Positions 11,524 to 20,115 of a stretch of DNA of 20,115 nucleotides are shown piece by piece. The stretch's first letter is position 1. Each line of letters opens with the position of its first letter. Source of the DNA: Octopus sinensis (Eukaryota). The stretch is taken from NCBI RefSeq assembly GCF_006345805.1, contig NW_021824048.1:1-20115 (forward strand), read 5' to 3'. The translations under genes were made by a program, and so were the position numbers. The notes under the pieces were generated by a model. The model did no database searches and had not been told where the DNA came from. It saw nothing but the letters and a program-made list of their open reading frames with translations.

Positions 11524-11555
11524 TATACTTAGATAGATGGATAGATAGATAGATA

Positions 11556-13483
11556 TGTTTCTTTATTAGCCACACAGGGCTGCACACAGATAGAACAAAT
11601 TACAAGGTAGAGCTTTTCTTTTGGGGGTAAAAAAAAAAAAAAGGAGAGTGGTGGTTTTCGATCAAAAGGGATCGTAAAAGGAAAGAAAAAGGACAAAAGA
11701 AAGGGGAGGGGTTAAAAAAAGGGGGGGGAGAGAAAAAAAATGAATAATAGGGATCGTTATCACAGAAATGTCAATATGAAGTGTAAAGGGGAGGACAGGT
11801 GAGGTTTACCCGTGGAAAGAAAAGCCTACGGAAAAGACCACGGTAACCTCGGTCAATGAAGTCACATGTTATATTTCTTTTTTTTTTTTTTTGCAAATAA
11901 GCAACTCTCTGTATTAATTTTTATGGTTCATAGAATCATAGTCAAGGTGGCTTCGTCATTCATACGTGCCATCCTTGCTACATTCACCCATCTTTTTTTA
12001 AAACATTCACTAGACAAAACTTGCCTCTCTACTCTCACTTTCCTCTTCAAGTGATACTTGAAGAAGTTGATGAGAGATTGACCAGAGAGGAAAGTGTTTT
12101 GTCTCTAATCCTTTCAGCGCGTCCACCAGATACATTCATTCGCCATAGCCACAAGTATGATAAAAATAGCTCTTCCTTCCCGTTTGAAGGAAGGAGGCGT
12201 GACGATATTAACGATAGACTCGGCTGATAAACCGACACGTCCCACACGTGACAGCAGTCGTTCGACATAACCCACAGGTCGGAAATTGCTGGACACTGCA
12301 CGATTGCGTGCAGAGCGGTTTCGTCGCTCTGCCCGCATCTCGGGCAGGTCGGCCCTGTTTCTCGAGCCATGCCTATAGAGCTTATCCCGAACGGGTAGCG
12401 CTTCTCGGTAGCACCGCCAGGCCAGGGATCTCTGGAAGTTGTCCATAGGTCCCGGGCCGAAAGTCGTTTGAAACAGGCGGGTCAGGTATTCCTCGTCGAC
12501 GCCCAGGTTTGCCCCGAGCTCGTCGTCGTACCTCCCCTCCACTAATCCCCTATAGAATGCTTTGGTTGTGTTGAAGTCACTCAAGGTCGACCCGGGACGG
12601 CAGAGTTGCTTGAGAGCAACGCGACACTCGCGGTGCCATTCGCCTTTCCTCGGCCTCTTTTTGATCCACGACTGTAGTTCGGTCATGGAGACGAGTTGCG
12701 GGAATGCGTGCCTCACAAACGGCGACCACACCTGTTCACCGTCGTCTACATAGAGCCGGAGATGTCGCAGTCTCCGCGTGTCTGCGCATCATCAACCACG
12801 GCATGCCCAGCCCTCCTTTTAACGGGTGTTGACAGCAAATGGATCGCCTGACCATCGGACGCATCCTTTCCACAAGAAGCGGAAGAGGATGCGTTCTAGT
12901 TTGGTGATGGTAGGGTCGGGACAAGGTACGACGGTCAGGCGGTAGTAGATGATGGACGCGATGTATGCGTTCACCACCTCCGCCCGACCTTTTAGGGACA
13001 GTTTCCTCTCGGCCCATTGCTGGGCGAGAGTGACCACCCTACTCGTTATCTCGTTCCAGTTCTTCTCCATTTGGAGGTCCGGACCGAACCAGACCCCGAG
13101 CAACTCAACGGGGCCGTCTGTCCAGCGTCCCACGACGGAGGTACTGGTGGACGGCATGGGCTTGCTTCTCCAGGTGCCTAGCCGCAAGCCCACTGACTTT
13201 TCCCGGTTGATTTTTGCTCCTGTCACCGCTTCGTAGTCTTTCAGTGTCTCGCCGACCCGCTCAATGTGCTCGTGGCTTGACACTATGACGGTGACGTCGT
13301 CCGCGTATGCAGACACGCTCGTCCCGCATCCCAATTCTCGCGGGATGCCCCTTAGAGTCGCCAGCTTCCGCAGTAGTGGCTCAAGAGTCAATACGTATAG
13401 AAGCGCCGAGAGGGGGCATCCCTGACGGACCGAACGTGCAATGTCGAAAGGTCTCGATAGATGTCCATTTACGCGAATTACCG

Positions 13484-13484
<1 letters not shown>
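11556..13484 (-). mobile_element. 5'-truncated L1/Tx1-clade non-LTR retrotransposon, copy 2
   Basis: Colinear with copy 1 at roughly 90% identity by eye; 17 nt longer at the 5' end (SVIRVNGHLSRPF..); stop at 11928. Confidence 0.9.
11928..13484 (-). pseudogene. ORF2 C-terminal half (RT plus CCHC), frameshifted
   Basis: ORF-track pieces 12819..13391, 12736..13017, 12114..12731 and 12047..12370. Confidence 0.85.
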
Positions 13485-13539
<55 letters not shown>

Positions 13540-13567
13540 TGATTGATTGATTGATGATTGATTGATA

Positions 13568-13664
13568 ACTTTCTTTATTGGCCACACAGGGTTGGATACA
13601 GAGAGGACAATTACAAACGTAGAGCTTTTCGTTTCGAATATGGAAAAGGAAAAGAAGAAAAAAA
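13568..13664 (-). mobile_element. ~100-bp 3'-terminal stub of a diverged member of the same Tx1-like family
   Basis: tttctttattggccacacaggg..gtagagcttttc aligns to 9535-9595; flanked by (GATA)(GATT)n on the left and (GATA)n on the right. Confidence 0.8.
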
Positions 13665-13685
13665 GATAGATAGATAGCTAGATAA

Positions 13686-13741
<56 letters not shown>

Positions 13742-13742
13742 G
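13665..13742. repeat. (GATA)n microsatellite
   Basis: Directly visible; also 11471-11555 and 13485-13566. Confidence 0.95.
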
Positions 13743-13844
13743 TGTAAAATATTTTCTTATTTCAATAATCAATAATCACAGATAGATAATTATTTTGTCT
13801 TTTCCTTTTAATTCTCTAAATCTCGACATAAAAAGTGTTTCTTC

Positions 13845-13966
13845 TCGGAGGTCAACTTTGCCTTTCAACTCTGCGGTCATGATAAAATAAAGTATCACTC
13901 AAGTACAGGGGTCAATGACTTTGACTTATTCCCTCGCCTCAAAATAGCTGGCCTTCTACGTAAATC
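13845..13966 (+). mobile_element. Degenerate type B-related SINE body with alternative tail
   Basis: aggtcaactttgcctttca..gataaaataaagta..ggggtcaat..gactt matches the type B centre; tail aaaatagctggcctt matches the reverse complement of 14715-14730. Confidence 0.6.
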
Positions 13967-14105
13967 AGGAATCTTCACTATACACCGATGTATGAACCAT
14001 CGCGACAATGGTGTAGTGAATAAAAGCACTGATTAGGGCCCCCAAAAGCTAGGCGTATCAGTTTGGGGGACAGTTTGATCAGGGACTGAATTTCTAATTT
14101 TAACC

Positions 14106-14495
14106 GCACAGGAGTGGCTGTGTGGTAAGTAGTTTGCTTACCAACCACATGGTTCCGGGTTCAGTGGCACCTTGGGCAAGTGTCTTCTACTATAGCTTCG
14201 GGCCGACCAAAGCCTTGTGAGTGAATTTGGTAGACGGAAACTGAAAGAAGCCCGTCGTATATATGTATATGTATATGTGTGTGTGTTTGTGTGTCTGTGT
14301 TTGCCCCCCCAACGTCGCTTGACAACCGATGCTGGTGTGTTTACGTCCTCGTAACTTAGCGGTTCGACAAAAGAAACTGATAGAATAAGTGCTAGGCTTA
14401 CAAAGAATAAGTCCTGGAGTCGATTTGCTCGACTAAAGGCGGTGCCTCAGCATGGCCGCAGTCAAATGACTGAAACAAGTAAAAGAGTAAAAGAG
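14106..14495 (+). mobile_element. Type A SINE copy 3, near full length
   Basis: Colinear with 5072-5452 and has the GTAAAAGA tail; 10-nt deletion at the B box. Confidence 0.85.
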
Positions 14496-14587
14496 TTGAG
14501 TTTAGTCCCGGGGGCCAATGAAATTATTGAAAATCTAGTTCAGACGTCACTACAACTACGGACATAACTGTTTTAAGATTATCACAG

Positions 14588-14641
14588 ATAAAGACAAAAT
14601 GCTATGAGAACGATCTGCCCTTCTCTATGGATTTAATAAAG
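14588..14641 (+). CDS. Candidate 54-nt exon (IKTKCYENDLPFSMDLIK)
   Basis: Acceptor ttttaagattatcacag|, donor AAG|GTATGA, open in phase 0 to phase 0. Confidence 0.25.
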
Positions 14642-14699
14642 GTATGACTATAACATTCATTCAGACATTAAGGCTGAAAATATTTTTTGCAAAATAATG

Positions 14700-14898
14700 G
14701 TCTCTGATTTTGGCACAAGGCCAGCAATTTTAATAGCATGGAAAAAGTCGACACCACCGTACCCAGTACTTGATTTGTGCTTTATTTTATTGACCTCGAA
14801 AGGATGAATGATAAAGTTCACTCTGGGGGATCTGTATGTAAAGAACCCGAATAAATGTCGCAAGTTATTCTCGATGAAGCGCTAACGATTCTGCCAGT
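14700..14898 (-). mobile_element. Degenerate type B-related SINE with alternative tail
   Basis: Reverse complement reads ctggcagaatcgttagc...ttcatcctttcgaggtcaataaaat...attgctggccttgtgccaaaat. Confidence 0.65.
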
Positions 14899-14926
14899 GA
14901 TAATTTCTCATCTGAGAATTTTTTAA

Positions 14927-15240
14927 ATTTATTTATGCGCCCTTTTGAAGCCTAGCCAGGTTCATGGGTCGGGTTTCCCGGTTTCTGTGGCGTATGTGTT
15001 CCCCCCGCCCAGCTGGATGGGACGCCAGTCCATCGCAGCTACTCAAGAAACAGGAAGAAAGTGTGAGAGAAAGTTGGGGCAAAAGAGTACAACAGGGGTC
15101 GCCATCACCCCTTGCCGGAGATCGTGGAGCTTTAGGTGTTTTCGCTCAATAAACACACACAACGCCCGGTCTGGGAATCGAAACCTCAATCCTCCGACCG
15201 CGAGTCCGCTGCCCTACCCACTGGGCCATTGCGCCTCCAC
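14927..15240 (-). mobile_element. Full-length type C SINE with GATGGACTGGCGTCCCATCCAG tail
   Basis: A box TGGCCCAGTGG, B box GTTTCGATTCCC; the tail recalls V-type SINE domains (from memory, unverified). Confidence 0.8.
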
Positions 15241-15497
15241 AAATAATAAATGCGCCCTTTTAAAGCCTAGCAGGCTCATGGTCCCGGTTTCCCGGTTTCT
15301 ATGGCGTATGTGTTCCCCAGCTGGATGGGACGCCAGTCCATCGCAGCTTTAATTATTTTTTTCCAGCTGAGTGGACTGGAGCAACGTGAAATGAAGTGTT
15401 TTGCTCAAGAACACAACGTGTCGCCTGGTCCAGGAATCGAAACCACAATCTTACGATCATGATGCTGACAGCCTAACCACTAAGCAACGCGCCTCAA
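15241..15497 (-). mobile_element. Type D SINE (tRNA head plus CORE-like domain) with the same tail as 14927-15055
   Basis: Head gcgcgttgcttagtggttagg..gtttcgattcctgg; gttgtgttcttgagcaaaacact resembles the CORE-SINE domain; tail ~90% like the adjacent type C copy. Confidence 0.75.
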
Positions 15498-15529
15498 CGA
15501 AGTCCATCGTATATATACATATATCATTT

Positions 15530-15690
15530 ATCCATCCATCCATCCATCCATCCATCCATCCATCCATCCATCCATCCATACATCCATCCATCCATCCATA
15601 CATACATTCATTCATGCATGCATGCATACATACATACATACATACATACAGACAGACAGACAGACAGACAGACAGACGGACAGACATACA
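15530..15690. repeat. Compound (CATC)(CATT)(CATG)(CATA)(CAGA) array
   Basis: Directly visible. Confidence 0.95.
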
Positions 15691-16016
15691 TAAACACTCC
15701 TTCGGTCACGAACGATCATGAGATAGCACCTAGAAAGTTTCCCTCTGAGGTAAAAGCCGGAGCAAGGTTGTTTATGGAAGACCAGCAGTGGCTCGTGAAT
15801 ACCAGCCTCCCCTTTCACGCCCCGCAACCGATGTTGTCCAAGGCAAAGGCAAAGGTCGATAGAGTTTGGCACCTGTGACGTCGCAACTTATTTCTACAGC
15901 TGAGTGAACTGGAGCAACGTGAAATAAAGAGTCTTGCTCAAGAACACAACACACAGCCCGGTCCAAGAATCGAACTCACTACATCATAATTGTGAGCCCC
16001 ACGCTCTAACCACTGA
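15691..16016 (-). mobile_element. Type D SINE with a third, unrelated tail
   Basis: Head and CORE-like part match 15365-15497; the tail (gcgacgtcacaggtgcc...gtgaccgaagg) is unrelated to that copy. Confidence 0.7.
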
Positions 16017-16019
16017 TTT

Positions 16020-16430
16020 ACATACATGCGTGCATGCATGCATACATACATACATACATACATACATACATACATGCATACATACATACATACATACATA
16101 CATGCATACATGCATACATGCATACATACATACATATATACATGCATACATGCATACATGCATACATACATACATACATACATACATACATGCATACATA
16201 CATGCATACATGCATACATACATACATACATACATACATACATACATACATACATGCATACATGCATACATACATACATATATACATGCATACATGCATA
16301 CATACATACATACATACATACATACATACATGCATACATACATGCATACATACATACATACATACATGCATACATACATACATACATACATACATACATA
16401 CATACACATACATACTACATACATACATAC
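16020..16430. repeat. (CATA/CATG)n array, ~410 bp
   Basis: Directly visible; CATATATA variant at 16133 and 16277. Confidence 0.95.
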
Positions 16431-16532
16431 ATTTGGCGCCGTCAACACCAGACGTGGAGACGTAGAGGGTCGTCTAAAAAATATTTTTGAAAGTTCCCTT
16501 CTGCATTTATACTGGATTTTTTTCTCCCAGAA

Positions 16533-16632
16533 ACCACCACCAACACCAACACCACCACCACCAACACCAACACCACCACTACCACCACCACCACCACCAC
16601 CGCCGCCGCCGCCGCCGCCGCCGTCACCACCA
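16533..16632. repeat. (CCA/CAA/CCG)n repeat
   Basis: Directly visible. Confidence 0.9.
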
Positions 16633-16689
16633 ACGAAAATAGCACTACAGTACCATTAAGCTATCATACGTACATGTGTGTGTATGCAT

Positions 16690-16911
16690 ATGTGTGAGCG
16701 TGTCTGTGTTTCTGTTTGTCCTGTTTCCACCACTTGACAGCTGAAGTTGGTTCATTTACTGTCCCCGTAACTTGACGATTCGGCAAAAGCGATCGATACA
16801 ATAAGAGCTAGACTTTGAAAATAAGTATTAGGGTCGAGTTGCTGGAACAAACACATCAAGGTGGTGCTCCAGTTTGGCCACGGTCCCGTGACTGAAACAA
16901 ATAAAAGATAA
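16690..16911 (+). mobile_element. Degenerate 3' half of a type A-related SINE
   Basis: cttgaca..tccccgtaactt..ttcggcaaaag..gata.aataag..ggtggtgctccag..gtgactgaaacaa aligns with the type A 3' half. Confidence 0.65.
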
Positions 16912-17389
16912 ATTATGCGAAAACGAATTTGATAGAGTCAAGACATAAAGATACTGGAAATGCTGGAAAATCGTAATATGAGGTGCAACAAGTTTCTCCA
17001 TTAACCTGTGATAACTATTGTTAACATCAATAAAAGCTACCGTTAAATATCGCCAAGATCATCTTCGTCTTTCATCCTTTCGAGATCGATAAATAGCTAA
17101 GGATTAGAACTCGCTTCTTTTTCTTTGCTCTTTCTCTTTCAGAATTAGCCGAAACTAATATAATGGTGCCTGAGGAAACGGTGTTACACAAAAGTTTTCA
17201 ATTAGGCAACACACATCAATAGGATCCCATACGTAGACGTGGTAGTCCAATTGAAGAGCTAACTTTGAAAATGTCTAAGACAAACGCCAACGAGTCAAAA
17301 TAAAGTGAAGCAAGAATTCAAGAAAGCCAAGACTGCCATATAAAGCATCAAAGGAGAAGGGGAAAATAGCTAACTTTTATAATGATACT

Positions 17390-17623
17390 TATTTCTTTAC
17401 TGCCCACAAGGGGCTAAACACAGAGGGGACTAACAAGGACACACAAATGGATTAAGTCGATTACATCGACCCCAGTGTGTTACTGGTACTTAATTTATCG
17501 ACCCCGAAAGGATGCAACGCAAAGTCGACCTCGGCGGAATTTGAACTCAGAACGTACCGGCAGACGAAATACTGCTAAGCATTTTGCCCGGCGTGCTAAC
17601 GTTTCTGCCAGCTCGCCGCCTTC
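17390..17623 (-). mobile_element. Full-length type B SINE with ~18-bp TSD and Tx1-like 3' end
   Basis: Reverse complement of the 8227-8447 family; TSD AACTTTTA(T/G)AATG(A/T)TACT at 17372-89 and 17624-41 (16/18). Confidence 0.85.
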
Positions 17624-17736
17624 AACTTTTAGAATGTTACTACTATCACCATACTGCTCACAGTGTCTCAGTCACTGCATTAGGCCCTATAGTATTTATT
17701 TATTGACATCAAGCCACATCATACGCGCCTAAAACT

Positions 17737-17961
17737 ATGAGGGCCCTCAAGTAACTGCCCAGTGTGCCCTCTCCTTAAGACGGCACTGGCAGTCAGGTTT
17801 CATATGTGCAACCCTCAAGCACGTCCGACCCATCATACATAGATCAGAACTGAACTTCTAAACATACGAGGGCCCTCGGGCAACTTCCCTGAGTGCCAAC
17901 GCCTAAAGATGGCACCGGTTGCCAGACCTCATATGGCCGTCCTTCAAGCACGTCCGACCCA
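17737..17961. repeat. Diverged direct repeat with a 129-bp period
   Basis: 17737-17832 vs 17866-17961: 72/96 identical, no gaps, identical terminal 18-mer TCAAGCACGTCCGACCCA. Confidence 0.85.
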
Positions 17962-18337
17962 CTCGTCTCTCCACTTCTCGTCACCCTTATTTCGTCCCTC
18001 TCTGATGCCACACTAATCACTATTCATATTCTTTCCGACCCAGAACATCAGCTCTCTGAAATCTTAACCCTTCTCATCTCTTTCCCGTTGACGTTGATCT
18101 GCAGCAGTTTAACCGGGGTACTAGCAGCATCAACCTCACTATCTCGGAGTGCCTGCAAAGATTATAGTAATGCGTCTTTTTCCTGAATCAGCAAGTGAAC
18201 CGAATGCCCTAACCACTAAGCCCACGCACTTTCACTTTGTTCTTTCTAACCAAATTATGGGTTGGGAAGGAGTCAGCTGGTTTGGGGTAAAAGAAAATAC
18301 AAGAAAATCAGTTAGTTATGAATTAATTCAACACATA

Positions 18338-18706
18338 GGCGCAGGAGTGCTGTGGTGGTAAGTGCTTGCTAACAACCACACGGTTGCGGGGTTCAGTCCC
18401 ACTGCGTGGCATCTTGGGCAAGTGTCTTCTGCTATAGCCCCGGGCCGACCCAATGCCTTGTGAGGGATTTGGTAGACGGAAACTGAAAGAAGCCTGTCGT
18501 ATATTTATATATATATATGTATGCGTGTGTTTGTGTGTCTGTGTTGTCCCCCTAGCATTGCTTGACAACCGATGCTGGTGTGTTTAGGTCCCCGTCACTT
18601 AGCTGTTCGGCAAAAAAGACCGATAGAATAAGTACTAAAAGGTGGTGCTCAGCAGGGCCGCAGTCAAATGACTGAAACAAGTAAAAGAGTAAAGAGTAAA
18701 AGAGTA
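18338..18706 (+). mobile_element. Type A SINE copy 4
   Basis: Colinear with the other type A copies; 41-nt internal deletion; (GTAAAAGA)-like tail. Confidence 0.85.
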
Positions 18707-18928
18707 TTCTCCTCTCAAATTCACACACATTACAGTGATCCTTCAGTTTTTCTAAGCCCTATAAAATAACTGGGAATGTTGGACCTCCAGCCAGGCCTTC
18801 CGCGATACCCTAAAAGCCAGAAGTTTTTTCAGCACATCTTCGTATCCAGGAAGGTTCTCACAGATGTGGTTCTATCATTAGTACGAGACAAACTGAAATC
18901 AAATCCTTTATTTGGAAGATGTATAGAT

Positions 18929-19425
18929 GTTAAGTTAAGTTAATTTTTTGGCTCAAAAAGCAAAAAGCAAGGCCATGTAGGGGGACATGGAGTTTGTACA
19001 GGGTGGTGTTCATGCAAAGAGTTCAGGGCCATTTCTGGTCAAGGGAGACTTTGAACCGAGCGGTCGTCGTCGGCATCTTCACTATCTCGTCTGGCAGCTT
19101 ATCCCACGGATCCGCAACCCGGACGGAAAAGCCCCTCTCCTTCGATTCATGAGAATCGTCGCAGATAGAGCTTTTCGGAGTGAACCCCGCAGGCCGCCGC
19201 TCTGGAGCAGGAGTGAAGAACAGCTCTTTCGAGAGGTTACACTTTCCACTTATGATGTTGTGAGCAAGAATGAGATCACCACGGCGTCGTCGTTTTTCTA
19301 GAGAATAAAGGTCGAGCGTCTTCAGCCTTTCTTCATAAGACAAATGCTTGAGACCAAGAACCATGCGGGTAGCCAGCTTCTGGACTCTTTCGAGATGATG
19401 TATGTCTTTGAGGAATAGATAACCT
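18929..19425 (-). mobile_element. 5'-truncated CR1/L2-group LINE 3' fragment
   Basis: KDIHHLERVQKLATRMVLGLKHLSYEERLKTLDLYSLEKRRRRGDLI...FSVRVADPWDKLP is the typical CR1/L2 ORF2 C-terminus; the 3' end is a (TTAAC)3 tail. Confidence 0.85.
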
Positions 19426-19848
19426 GGTAAGATGTGGATATTCTGTGTTCAATCAGTTTACTTCCAATTAGAGTTTTACATATTTCAGCACCAAGAAGGA
19501 TTAGCAATGTGTTTGCCGTTATCCCCTGTGATGGCAAACAAATGCATGGAATACTCTGAGGTCGTGTTGCAATAAAACAATAGAACTATTATTATGGCTG
19601 TAATATATCTGCTGTTGTTGACTCCGCTTTTACACAATCGGAATTTCTCTCTCCCTTCTCTTCTCCATATTTAGATATATTCGGTTTAGTGTTTCCGTGT
19701 AACATGGTCTCACGGCCTCAGATTATTTTATGAATTTGCTCACTATCATTATGGATAATATCAAATCCATAGCTAAGCATCCTTACGGCCGATATAGGTA
19801 AAACCCCACTTCGAATTATGTTGTTTGAACACAAAATATCATTATCAA

Positions 19849-20110
<262 letters not shown>

Positions 20111-20115
20111 CTATC

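Noticed and set aside
9930-13484. Programmed frameshifting in Tx1 ORF2
   Set aside because: Indels fall at different places in the two copies, often in short runs; decay or assembly error is more likely
9385-13742. Repeat-spacer pattern as a CRISPR-like array
   Set aside because: Eukaryotic context; repeats are microsatellites and the spacers are retrotransposon fragments; no cas genes
15934-16659. 241-aa HTYI/MYVC-repeat ORFs (also 8970-9682 and 1824-2229)
   Set aside because: Translations of CATA, GATA and TA microsatellites
18190-18232. Short type D-like SINE head on the - strand
   Set aside because: Only ~40 nt and degenerate; too short to call as a feature
18768-18943. ~58-codon open frame LGMLDLQPGLPRYPKSQKFFQHIF...LFGRCID
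   Set aside because: No convincing donor site; the frame runs into the CR1 tail; no recognisable homology

Overview
Eukaryotic, extremely repeat-dense DNA. The SINE set and the TA, GATA, CATA and GGT microsatellites look like an octopus or other coleoid cephalopod genome (inference). No complete protein-coding gene is present, and almost all ORF-track entries are microsatellite artefacts. Contents: (i) 1-4.8 kb of trinucleotide-derived repeats with a few unique islands bounded by splice-like signals. (ii) About 12 tRNA-derived SINE copies of at least four head types with swapped 3' modules. (iii) A 6.4-8.9 kb block among (TA)n tracts carrying type I hammerhead ribozyme (HHR) motifs: one canonical (7204-7295), one with a compensatory U3-A8 core (8684-8741) and a mirrored pair inside a 524-bp near-perfect palindrome (7617-8140). 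This block looks like Penelope-like-element or retrozyme-type sequence. (iv) A head-to-tail stack of three L1/Tx1-clade retrotransposon 3' fragments in a (GATA)n array (9533-13664); their 3' end is shared with one SINE family. (v) A CR1/L2-group LINE 3' fragment (18929-19425). The most interesting signals are the hammerhead cluster and palindrome, the GATA-associated Tx1 stack and the SINE/Tx1 shared 3' stem-loop. All alignments and counts were done by eye; no database searches were run.
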